This document shows, piece after piece, positions 26,521 to 34,140 of a stretch of 34,140 nucleotides of DNA. The stretch is taken from IMG/VR virus record IMGVR_UViG_3300011338_000237, positions 1 to 34,140 of that record. One strand, written 5' to 3'. The position numbers were made by a program, and so were the translations under genes. The DNA comes from a virus. Taxonomy: Duplodnaviria; Caudoviricetes. The notes under the pieces are model-generated. The model was given only the letters and a program-made list of their open reading frames with translations. It made no database searches and was not told the origin of the DNA. How positions within the stretch are numbered: position 1 is the first letter of the stretch; every line of letters begins with the position of its first letter.

Positions 26521-26553
26521 TAACTTTGTAACTCAGTCGTTTTGGGTTAGACT

Positions 26554-26596
26554 AAAAGGGGAGTTGGGCAGCAATGCTCGCTCCCTTTTTGTTTTT
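26554..26596 (+). terminator. Intrinsic terminator
   Basis: AAAAGGGGAG-T-TGGGCA-GCAA-TGCTCG-CTCCCTTTTT-GTTTTT. Confidence 0.8.
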
Positions 26597-26608
26597 AATA
26601 TAATTGAC

Positions 26609-26616
26609 TATCTTTG
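26609..26616 (+). promoter_or_regulatory. -7 box TATCTTTG upstream of the capsid gene
   Basis: Matches TAnnTTTG. Confidence 0.65.
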
Positions 26617-26631
26617 TGGCACTATGATGAT

Positions 26632-26692
26632 GTAGTGAGCCATCACTTATAATGGCAATGTAGGCGAATGCAGCAAGCCTATTAATCGCTGC
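26632..26692 (+). ncRNA. Tandem H-type pseudoknots in the capsid 5' UTR
   Basis: PK1: AGTG/CACT with GCCAT/ATGGC. PK2: GTAGGC/GCCTAT with GCAGC/GCTGC. Confidence 0.6.
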
Positions 26693-26714
26693 TAACTACA
26701 CAATTCAAATCATC

Positions 26715-27755
26715 ATGTCAATTTCAAGAATACTATCTGAATGCCCTAATGTGCAAATGTCGCTGGGCGAACTATTCATTGAGGTAGGTCAGCGTGAGCA
26801 ACTTCCTTTTTTGGAGTTCTTGCTTTCACCTGAAAACTCAAAATTAATCCGCACTGAAGTTGCTCCTGGCAACGGTAAGTTAAAGACTGTTCAAGCACGT
26901 TGGATTCAGCGTTTGCCTGAAACAGAAGTAGAAGAGGGTGCTGATATCCTTACTTGTACATCTACCAACACATACGGAGATTCAACAACAACTTACACAG
27001 TTGATGTTACTGATACCTATGTTGCTTCTCAACTAATCAATGCTGCTGACATTGCTCGCCACTGTCAAGAAAACAGCCGTTATGTTCTTGAGAGCGTTAT
27101 GCGTTTGATGGATGTAATTGATCGCAAGGTTGCTTCTGCTGCTGCTGTTCAAGCGGTTGCTCAAATCGGTAATTGGGGAACTGATGTAGAAGGTTTCTAC
27201 ACTGTAACTGGCGATTGCTTGGAGATCGAAACAATCAACGGCAATGAGCCTAATCCATTCGCTATCGCTGACATTCAGCAAGCAACAAGAATGGCGAACT
27301 ACCCTGCTGCTCCGATTGCTTTCGGTGGTGCTGCAATGCAGCGTTACGCTAATGCGATGGCTGCTGGCTGCTGCACTCAGTACGGTATCGACTTGCTTGC
27401 TATCACTCAGCAAAACGGTTTTGGATTCGCTTACGATTCTCGCTTGGCTGCTGCACAAGGATCTCAATCTAAAGCGTTGGTTACAACAGCAGGAGCAATC
27501 CAGTGGTTGTCATTCAACTTGGCAGATTGGAATACTGGCATCACTCCAACGGCAGGATCAAACTACTCTAAGACTTTGGTGTTTACACCAGCAGGAGTTC
27601 CAGTTGATCTTACGATGAAGGATGATTGCAGTAACTTGTCTATTGTATTGACTACAACTGGCAAGATCGTAACGCTTCCAACTGACATCTACGAGGCAGG
27701 CGATAAGTTCTCAGGTGTGAACTACGTAAACTGCGTATCTATCGTAAACCCGTAA
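26715..27755 (+). CDS. Major capsid protein
   Basis: 346 aa after the scaffold, highly-expressed-type codon bias (GCT/ACT/GTT), own promoter and terminator. Confidence 0.8.
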   Translation: MSISRILSECPNVQMSLGELFIEVGQREQLPFLEFLLSPENSKLIRTEVAPGNGKLKTVQARWIQRLPETEVEEGADILTCTSTNTYGDSTTTYTVDVTDTYVASQLINAADIARHCQENSRYVLESVMRLMDVIDRKVASAAAVQAVAQIGNWGTDVEGFYTVTGDCLEIETINGNEPNPFAIADIQQATRMANYPAAPIAFGGAAMQRYANAMAAGCCTQYGIDLLAITQQNGFGFAYDSRLAAAQGSQSKALVTTAGAIQWLSFNLADWNTGITPTAGSNYSKTLVFTPAGVPVDLTMKDDCSNLSIVLTTTGKIVTLPTDIYEAGDKFSGVNYVNCVSIVNP

Positions 27756-27835
27756 TCGGGTTAACAGCCTTGATCTCGCAAGACGATCAGGATTTGTTAA
27801 CCCAAGACGGAGTTGATTATCTATCAACCGAATAA
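27746..27835 (+). other. -1 frameshift signal (A-AAC-CCG + hairpin 27758-27803) and 27-aa capsid C-terminal extension
   Basis: The -1 frame reads VIGLTALISQDDQDLLTQDGVDYLSTE* and ends just before the terminator. Confidence 0.7.
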
Positions 27836-27863
27836 GAGGGGGGCTTTATGCCTCCCTTTTTTT
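27836..27863 (+). terminator. Intrinsic terminator after the capsid extension
   Basis: GAGGGGGGC-TTTAT-GCCTCCC-TTTTTTT; its tail overlaps a TATCTTTG promoter box (27863-27870). Confidence 0.8.
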
Positions 27864-27887
27864 ATCTTTGTAAAAAATAATCATCCG

Positions 27888-28922
27888 ATGTGCATTGAAT
27901 CGTTACTTGGATTAAGAGATTGCAATCAGACAGAGCCATCAACGGGCTTATACATTGATGATCTCGGAATCAACACAACTTTCTTAGGTCAATTAATTAC
28001 CGATCAATATCTGCAAGGCAGCGAGTTGTTCACCGCTAAGAGAGCGTTTGCGTGGCGCAAATTATCTTCTGATGTATTGACACGACTTGCGCCAGTAATG
28101 AAAGCAGACACCGTTATTGAGGGCAAAAGAGTAGGTCAGTTGGTAAGTAACTATTCCAACGTGCAAACAGCAGCAGGAGCAGGGCGTTATACGGGCATCA
28201 GATTAAAGATCGATCCGCAATCATTGTCATTCCTTAACTTCTACTTAGCTGATATAAACTTAGCGGTAGATGCTGCCAATGTGAACGTGCCGATCCTGAT
28301 CTTCGATATGTCAACGCTGAAGTTGATTGAAACTTTCACCTATGCAACGGGAGGGCTTGATCAATTTCTTGGTAAGACTTTCGCCAGTGCAAGGCGGAAA
28401 CTTGACATCGCCATCGTTTACGAATCGACTTTTGATTCAGCGAAGATGGTAACTAAAAAAGGTCATTGCTTCGATTGTGGTGGTGGAGTTAGAGAGGCGC
28501 ACATCTGCCCGTTCGTGGATGCTATCGGTATTGATTTAACTACCAACGGAACTGATGTGCTATCATCCATTACAAGCAAGTACACCGCAGGGATGAGCAT
28601 CAACTATAATGTGAACTGTGATCGACAAGGATGGCTCTGTTCAATCGGTGGGCTGATGGCTTTGCCTTTGGCTTATGCTACGGCAGTTGAGATTTACAAC
28701 TATGCTCTAACTGTATCACCTAACCAAAGGGTTAACACTACCGTATCAGTCAACAAAGGCTTCAAGCCTGATGCGATTGAGGGGATTGTGGCTGCGAGAG
28801 ATATTGCAGCGACAAGATACAATGAAGAGTTAGGGGCAATGCTTCAGAATATGAGGATGCCTGATGATTCGCACTGTTGGGATTGCAGAAGGAATATGAA
28901 GTATGTAACAGCACTACCGTAA
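27888..28922 (+). CDS. Putative head-tail adaptor / head completion protein
   Basis: ATG 27888 (MCIESLLGLRDC...GLYIDDLGI); first gene after the capsid. The ORF-track start at 27813 runs through the terminator. Confidence 0.55.
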   Translation: MCIESLLGLRDCNQTEPSTGLYIDDLGINTTFLGQLITDQYLQGSELFTAKRAFAWRKLSSDVLTRLAPVMKADTVIEGKRVGQLVSNYSNVQTAAGAGRYTGIRLKIDPQSLSFLNFYLADINLAVDAANVNVPILIFDMSTLKLIETFTYATGGLDQFLGKTFASARRKLDIAIVYESTFDSAKMVTKKGHCFDCGGGVREAHICPFVDAIGIDLTTNGTDVLSSITSKYTAGMSINYNVNCDRQGWLCSIGGLMALPLAYATAVEIYNYALTVSPNQRVNTTVSVNKGFKPDAIEGIVAARDIAATRYNEELGAMLQNMRMPDDSHCWDCRRNMKYVTALP

Positions 28923-29503
28923 TGGCATCGACTCCCGATCAAGTACAACAGAGCCTTAATGTTTTATTGGAGGGGTGGATCTCTAAGTTCACACCTTTGT
29001 ACTTGCCCGTTCGAGAGATGAAGCGGTTAATGTTCAAACGCATCTTTGGCACTGGATCATCGGGTGGCACAAACAGCGAAGGTCAGAAGCTACCGACTAA
29101 ACCTTACAGTACAACTCCGATCTATGTATCACCAAGATCGCTAAGAAACGCACCATCAAAATTTAAGGTAGGCAAACGAGGTGATCCGATTGAATCGCTT
29201 TACTTTCCTAATGGCTATGCTCAGATCAAATCTGAAACATCGGCAAAGTTGCCTTTAGAGTTAACTGGCAGATTAAAGGGTGGATTCTTATCTGAGGAGG
29301 TAATCACTGAGGGCTTGGAGGCTGCTATTGCTTTGCCCGAATCAGAACGATTAAAGGCAGAAGGATTGCAGTTTGGTAATGGTAAAAGTTTTAAGGGCTA
29401 TGGAATAATCTTTCAGCCTACTGCATTTGAGCAGGAGCAGATGTTAGAAGAACACGCTCTATTGATAGCAGAACAAATCACTAATGCAATGAACAAACAA
29501 TGA
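28922..29503 (+). CDS. Putative neck / virion morphogenesis protein
   Basis: TAATG coupling; RIF..G....G..L..YS...LELTGRL pattern. Confidence 0.55.
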   Translation: MASTPDQVQQSLNVLLEGWISKFTPLYLPVREMKRLMFKRIFGTGSSGGTNSEGQKLPTKPYSTTPIYVSPRSLRNAPSKFKVGKRGDPIESLYFPNGYAQIKSETSAKLPLELTGRLKGGFLSEEVITEGLEAAIALPESERLKAEGLQFGNGKSFKGYGIIFQPTAFEQEQMLEEHALLIAEQITNAMNKQ

Positions 29504-31959
29504 ATCTACTTTCCCAAATTATTGAGAGGCTTAATCAGCGCATTGGTGCAGGCAATATCTTCGATCAGATCTACGGTCTATCAGAACTATCGGCAGACGG
29601 CAATGATAAGGCTTGGGTACACTACATCGGCAACGGTCAGGCTGTGCCAGTTACTAACTTCGATGCTCATCAAGCGACAATCTTCTGGGCGAAGCGTGGC
29701 AAGATCACAGTGCAGAAAGTTGATTCAATCAAGCTATCAGGCTGTAAGGCATTGTATGAAACCAAGTTCACGCTATCGGCTTATGCTGTTGCCCGCAAAT
29801 CTCATTTGCCTTGTGATGCTGCCGATGCTCAGGATTGGCTTGCTTCAAGAGTGCTTAGGTTGGTATCAGGCACTGATCCACTATTCAAGACTTCAATCGG
29901 AGTGGTATCTTACGAGGTGATCCCCAATGGATATGCCAATGAGGTCAAGTCATTAACTGCCAATTATGAGTTCGCTTGTGTAACCATTGATGTTGATGTG
30001 AATGTAGTTTCACCTTCGGAGGATGGATGTTACGATACTTGTGGCAGTGGCGATATTCCACTCCCTGATCTGATTCCTTGTACACCTTGCTTGACTGAGG
30101 TTGCTGTGGATGGCGTTACGATTACTGGCAACGGTACTGAAGCAGATCCATTGGTGGCTATCGGAGGCGGTGGTGGAGTTGGAACGCTTCAACAAGTTAC
30201 CAACTTAGGCAATAGCACTACCAACGATATTGACTTCATTGCAAACGCAGGGCTTTCTTTCGACAATGGTTCTTTCTTTAGAAAAGGAACAACCGATGCA
30301 GGCAATGGAGGTGCAAAAGGTACAGCGCAAATCTGCTCCATTAGCTACGAGTTGAAATGGGAGGCAGGGCGATTGTATTACATGGAGCAAGACGGCTTCA
30401 CTATTCGAGATGTAACGCATAACTTCGCTATTGTACCACAGCCAACTGATGATTTAAGCAAGGGCTTTGTAGCAGGATCTCGATGGTCATTAGATGATGG
30501 CACTGTTTATCTTTGCTCAGATGCTACATTAGGCGCAGCCGTTTGGTCGGTTGTAAGTACTGGAGGAGTTACCAATGTAACGGCAACATCACCGATCTTT
30601 TCAAGCGGTGGATCAACTCCTGATATATCAATTCAGCCTGCTAATTTATTTGATGACGGCTATCTTACATCAGCAGACTTCACTTCCTTTAATAATAAGT
30701 TCGACACGCCAACTGGCACGAACGCTGACTATCTCGATGGAACGGGAACACCTACATTGTTTCCAACCATTCCTGCTGCCCAAGTTAACAGTGATTGGAA
30801 TGCAGTTAGTGGCGTGGCAGAGATCCTTAACAAGCCAACCATTCCTGCTGCCCAAATTCAATCAGATTGGAATCAGGCTAATAACGCAGCACTTGACTTT
30901 ATCAAGAATAAGCCAACCATTCCAACGGGAACAGTTACATCGGTTAATTCAGGGATCAACATCAGCGTTGACAATACCAATCCTGCTGCTCCAATTATCA
31001 ATTCACTTTCTGACCGTTACAAGACTACCTCAACCACATCGAACAGTGTAAGTAACGGATCAAAGAACTTTACTGTTGATCTTAATCTATCCTACATTCC
31101 ATTGCAGGAGATATTGGTTGTGTTTAATGCTGCCAATCATATGCACGGTGAGGTAACAAGCTACAATCCTGCTACGGGTGCTTTGGTAGTTGATATTAAA
31201 ACGCATACGGGAAGCGGAACTTATACGGCTTGGACACTTAACCTTGACGGTACGCCAGTCGATGCTTTGACGGGATCAGGAACGGCTAATGAGATCGCAT
31301 ACTTTACGGCTGCGAGAGTATTAACATCTTTGCCAGTTGCTACCTATCCAAGCCTGACTGAGTTGAGTTATGTGAAGGGCGTAACTTCTGCAATTCAAAC
31401 GCAGATCAATGGCAAATTTAACACGCCATCAGGCACGACTGCTCAGTATGTTAGAGGCGATGGATCATTGGCTACCTTCCCAAGTTTGCCATTGATTTAC
31501 AAGGATGTAAACAATCAAACGGCAGTAACGGGCAACACCAATAATAACAAAGTGGTGAGTGTGCTGATCCCTGCCAATACGATCACAGTTGGTGCAATCG
31601 TAGAGATCAAGGCGAGGGTAGGCAAGACGGGCGGAGCAGGGATCACTACCTTGCGAGTGTATGCCAACACTGCTGATTCTATTGTAACTCCTGCACCTAC
31701 GTTGATAATCACATCTGCTACTTCTGCAATCGGTAACATCTACAACGGGATGGATCGTTCGGCTATTGTCAAATCGGCAACGGTAACCCAAACGGCTCAG
31801 GCAAACGCATCAATCCAAACTGATGCAGTTGTGGGTAATGCGACACTGACCAACTCCAATATTGATTGGACGGTTAACCAATATCTTATCTTCGCTATTC
31901 AGAACGGTAGTGCTGCCGATTCAACTGTGCTATCTTACTATCAAATTGAAATCAAATGA
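29500..31959 (+). CDS. Fibre protein with N-terminal neck/terminator-like domain
   Basis: VAVDGVTITGNGT, GTLQQVTNLGNST, QSDWNQ...FIKNKPTIP repeats, TELSYVKGVTSAIQTQIN, GTTAQYVRGDGS fibre motifs. Confidence 0.7.
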   Translation: MNLLSQIIERLNQRIGAGNIFDQIYGLSELSADGNDKAWVHYIGNGQAVPVTNFDAHQATIFWAKRGKITVQKVDSIKLSGCKALYETKFTLSAYAVARKSHLPCDAADAQDWLASRVLRLVSGTDPLFKTSIGVVSYEVIPNGYANEVKSLTANYEFACVTIDVDVNVVSPSEDGCYDTCGSGDIPLPDLIPCTPCLTEVAVDGVTITGNGTEADPLVAIGGGGGVGTLQQVTNLGNSTTNDIDFIANAGLSFDNGSFFRKGTTDAGNGGAKGTAQICSISYELKWEAGRLYYMEQDGFTIRDVTHNFAIVPQPTDDLSKGFVAGSRWSLDDGTVYLCSDATLGAAVWSVVSTGGVTNVTATSPIFSSGGSTPDISIQPANLFDDGYLTSADFTSFNNKFDTPTGTNADYLDGTGTPTLFPTIPAAQVNSDWNAVSGVAEILNKPTIPAAQIQSDWNQANNAALDFIKNKPTIPTGTVTSVNSGINISVDNTNPAAPIINSLSDRYKTTSTTSNSVSNGSKNFTVDLNLSYIPLQEILVVFNAANHMHGEVTSYNPATGALVVDIKTHTGSGTYTAWTLNLDGTPVDALTGSGTANEIAYFTAARVLTSLPVATYPSLTELSYVKGVTSAIQTQINGKFNTPSGTTAQYVRGDGSLATFPSLPLIYKDVNNQTAVTGNTNNNKVVSVLIPANTITVGAIVEIKARVGKTGGAGITTLRVYANTADSIVTPAPTLIITSATSAIGNIYNGMDRSAIVKSATVTQTAQANASIQTDAVVGNATLTNSNIDWTVNQYLIFAIQNGSAADSTVLSYYQIEIK
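30763..30923 (+). repeat. Intragenic fibre repeat (CCAACCATTCCTGCTGCCCAA x2 plus a partial third copy)
   Basis: Copies at 30763, 30835 and 30913 encode PTIPAAQ..DWN...NKPTIP units. Confidence 0.75.
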
Positions 31960-32180
31960 TTGACATAACTATTGATTCAAGTCAACTATCCTACACCTCA
32001 TCAGTGATCGGAGAAGTATCTACCAACTATAACCGTATTGAGATTGACTTTGTTGATGCTAAGTCGATGCACGTACCAACGGATCAGGGAGTGTGGCTGA
32101 TTAACTTGGAGCAATTCAGTTTTAACGGCAATCAATTTAATGATGCTGTTGAGGCTATTGAGTATCTTAATTCTTTGTAA
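31956..32180 (+). CDS. Hypothetical protein (possible fibre-associated)
   Basis: ATGA overlap with the fibre gene. Confidence 0.6.
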   Translation: MIDITIDSSQLSYTSSVIGEVSTNYNRIEIDFVDAKSMHVPTDQGVWLINLEQFSFNGNQFNDAVEAIEYLNSL

Positions 32181-32185
32181 ATTTG
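32178..32185 (+). promoter_or_regulatory. -7 box TAAATTTG
   Basis: Matches TAnnTTTG upstream of ATG 32203. Confidence 0.5.
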
Positions 32186-32202
32186 TAAAAAACTAAGCAA
32201 TC

Positions 32203-32682
32203 ATGGCAGGCATTAAAGTTACCGACTTACCAGTATTAGGAGCAGCAGCAGCGGACGATGTATTCTACATTGTTGACACCTCAACCAATACATCTAAGCA
32301 GATTGAGGTTGGCGATGTGTTAAGCAGCGGAACTTATACTCCAACTGTTAGCGGGCTTGTGAATTCTATAACCGTTACAGTGTTAAAAGGTATTTATTCT
32401 CGTGTTGGCAATGTTGTTAATGTTTCAGTTTTAGTTGATGCGACTTTTGATACCTTAGAAAATCAAGGTGGGTTTCAGTTATCGTTGCCTATTGCATCAG
32501 ATTTCGCTAATGCAAATGATTGTATTGGCACTCCCACTTTTGGGTTAGACTTAACAGAATTAGTTTATTTTGATATTGTAGCAGATACTACAAACAATAC
32601 AATTAGCATAGGTTTGCAAGGTGTTACAAACAATGCCAACTTAGCAAAACTTATTATTCAAGCCCAATACGTAATCATCTAA
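32203..32682 (+). CDS. Short fibre / decoration protein
   Basis: N-terminal KVTDLP...DDVFYIVD...TSKQI module; C-terminal GTYTPT...YSRVGNVVNV receptor-binding-type beta domain. Confidence 0.65.
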   Translation: MAGIKVTDLPVLGAAAADDVFYIVDTSTNTSKQIEVGDVLSSGTYTPTVSGLVNSITVTVLKGIYSRVGNVVNVSVLVDATFDTLENQGGFQLSLPIASDFANANDCIGTPTFGLDLTELVYFDIVADTTNNTISIGLQGVTNNANLAKLIIQAQYVII

Positions 32683-33141
32683 ATGCGCTCTACATCAGCA
32701 GCAGGCTTGGCATTGATTAAGAAGTACGAGGGGCTTCGATTGACTGCCTATCTATGCCCTGCTGGAGTAGCAACAATCGGCTACGGCAGCACTCGCTATC
32801 CAAACGGCAATAGGGTTGAGATCAAGGATAAGCTAAAGGATGAATCGGTTGCAACATCGCTGCTATTGTTAACCCTTGCAGCATTTGAAAAGACGGTCAA
32901 CAATCTTCTGCCCAATATCAACCAGTGCCAATTCGATGCTCTTGTAAGTTTGTGCTATAACATAGGATCTTCAGCACTTTCTAAATCTACATTGATACGT
33001 AAGGCAAAGGTCAATCCTAATGATCCAAGCATCTTAGATGAGTTTATGCGGTGGAATAAGGCAGCAGGAAAGCCATTGGCAGGGCTAACAACAAGACGGG
33101 CAGAGGAGGCTAAGTTATACTTTAAGGCGTGTAAAGATTAA
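32683..33141 (+). CDS. Endolysin, GH24 phage lysozyme
   Basis: IKKYEGLRLTAYLCPAGVATIGYG (E-x8-C-x5-T), QFDALVSLCYNIG, GLTTRRAEE. Confidence 0.92.
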   Translation: MRSTSAAGLALIKKYEGLRLTAYLCPAGVATIGYGSTRYPNGNRVEIKDKLKDESVATSLLLLTLAAFEKTVNNLLPNINQCQFDALVSLCYNIGSSALSKSTLIRKAKVNPNDPSILDEFMRWNKAAGKPLAGLTTRRAEEAKLYFKACKD

Positions 33142-33187
33142 CGTTAATCTTGCCAAACATTCTCAGGCTGCAATCGTATCTTTAATC

Positions 33188-33397
33188 ATGGCAGCAAGAA
33201 TTACTAAGTCTAAAAAGATATTCAATATCATCATTAAGCACTGGCGTTCAACCATTGGCTCGCTGATGATCTTAGTATCAATTTACTTGTTAATCTTCAA
33301 GGTCATCACAACGGAAACGATGGCAGCGATTGTGGCAGCACTGATCGCAGCAGGCTACATACCTAAAGCAAAGAGCGATGAATCAGCAGACAATTAG
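33188..33397 (+). CDS. Putative holin (2 TM)
   Basis: 69 aa with a basic N-terminus and two hydrophobic helices, next to the endolysin. Confidence 0.6.
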   Translation: MAARITKSKKIFNIIIKHWRSTIGSLMILVSIYLLIFKVITTETMAAIVAALIAAGYIPKAKSDESADN

Positions 33398-33782
33398 AGA
33401 TACAGTGTACAAGGTAACTCACAGAACAATTAGCTTCGATACTTCGGTAACTGCTGGATCAGTTGTTGATTCGGCTGTTGAGGTTGTTGCTGTTGTTGAG
33501 TTGCCAAAAATTGACAAGTCAGTAATTGACAAGCCTCAGTTAACTGCATTCGATTCCATCCAACCTTGTAACATATCATTGGTTACCGCAGTTAAAGCAG
33601 AGCCATTGACCTTTGTCGATGTAAGAACGAATCAAAAGAATGAGCCAATGCCTATGAATTTAGATATACCGATTAACGGGATCGTGCTTGCCTTTACGAT
33701 GGCTATCACCGTTCAATATCTTGTAACCAGTCAAGGTGCTTGGAGGTCATTGATCAATAATATCCGCAAGGAGATGGCTTAA
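33378..33782 (+). CDS. Hypothetical protein with a C-terminal TM helix
   Basis: INGIVLAFTMAITVQYLV hydrophobic segment; located in the lysis cassette. Confidence 0.55.
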   Translation: MNQQTIRDTVYKVTHRTISFDTSVTAGSVVDSAVEVVAVVELPKIDKSVIDKPQLTAFDSIQPCNISLVTAVKAEPLTFVDVRTNQKNEPMPMNLDIPINGIVLAFTMAITVQYLVTSQGAWRSLINNIRKEMA

Positions 33783-33809
33783 TAAATCGTTATGTTGTAA
33801 CTTTACAGC

Positions 33810-34140
33810 ATGGCATCACTGCACATTCTTGAATCTTCAATAGATTTATTCTACGTAATAGCTGATGAGCAGGGAGCAATACTTACTTCCAATGATTTAT
33901 TCAGGGAATATTGCAGCCATTTGAAGCCTAAAAACATTCTCGACATTGCCTCCAATGATAGTGATCGGGATGAGTTCTTGACAATCATTGAAAAGGCTAA
34001 GACTAAATCGCCTGATGCTTTACGGGTGTATGTTCGATCTAAGCAGAAGATCGGATCTGAGAGGTACTCAATGTGGAATGTATATTCTATCTTGGGTTCT
34101 TTGCATTTTATAGGCATCCCATTAGTAGATGTAACGAGCA
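33810..34140 (+). CDS. 5' part (PAS domain) of the PAS-HisKA protein, continuing across the junction to 363
   Basis: MASLHILESSIDLFYVIADEQGAILTSNDLF...NILDI...DRDEF...RSKQKIGSERYSMW...GIPLVDVT follows the PAS consensus. Missed by the ORF track because it has no stop within the window. Confidence 0.8.
   Translation, partial: MASLHILESSIDLFYVIADEQGAILTSNDLFREYCSHLKPKNILDIASNDSDRDEFLTIIEKAKTKSPDALRVYVRSKQKIGSERYSMWNVYSILGSLHFIGIPLVDVTS
34014..34140. repeat. Terminal overlap, identical to 1-127
   Basis: Exact sequence match. Confidence 0.95.

Noticed and set aside
30763-30923. Fibre repeats as a diversity-generating retroelement TR/VR pair
   Set aside because: No reverse transcriptase in the genome. 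The repeats are short, tandem, in-frame structural units without adenine-specific mismatch patterns.
32683-32790. Cys in place of the catalytic Asp in the lysozyme as a sign of inactivation
   Set aside because: E-x8-C-x5-T is an established active GH24 variant (e.g. P1 Lyz).
141-34117. Minus-strand ORFs and short nested plus-strand ORFs in the track (e.g. 2246-2605, 14030-15880, 25462-26504, 27033-27467, 33851-34117)
   Set aside because: They shadow well-supported + strand genes, lack recognisable motifs and have no supporting promoters.
34014-34140. 127-bp terminal repeat as a physical direct terminal repeat of the virion DNA
   Set aside because: The length equals a common assembler k-mer and it falls mid-gene. 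It is best explained as a circular-assembly overlap; true termini need read-based analysis.

Overview
The window is an apparently complete, circularly assembled ~34.0 kb tailed-phage genome. Bases 1-127 are identical to 34014-34140, giving a unit length of 34,013 bp. Essentially all real genes are on the + strand, and many TAnnTTTG promoter boxes point to a Bacteroidota host. No integrase, tRNA, CRISPR array or reverse transcriptase is visible. Gene order: early/replication genes (SSB-like, RecE-like exonuclease, VRR-NUC, DNA MTase, DUF6291-type initiator with iterons), TerS/TerL, tail chaperone, tape measure, tail tip, tail tube, glycosyltransferase + methyltransferase, portal, minor head, scaffold, major capsid, neck, fibres, lysis cassette. 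The most striking signal is a set of RNA-level recoding and regulatory elements missed by the ORF track. (1) The terminase large subunit is interrupted inside its Walker A motif by a 41-nt gap (matched CGA-GGC take-off/landing codons, TAA stop, GCAA-tetraloop hairpin), which looks like T4 gene 60/byp-type ribosomal bypassing. (2) A -1 frameshift site plus hairpin at the capsid stop codon would add a 27-aa 'LLTQDG' tail. (3) A T-TTT-TTT G/GT frameshift sits in the tail chaperone. (4) A shared H-type pseudoknot lies at identical spacing upstream of the capsid and tail-tube genes. (5) A kissing-loop leader precedes the replication initiator. In addition, a PAS + HisKA protein lacking the kinase ATPase domain spans the circular junction inside the lysis cassette. 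All functional calls come from motif recognition by eye; no database searches were run.
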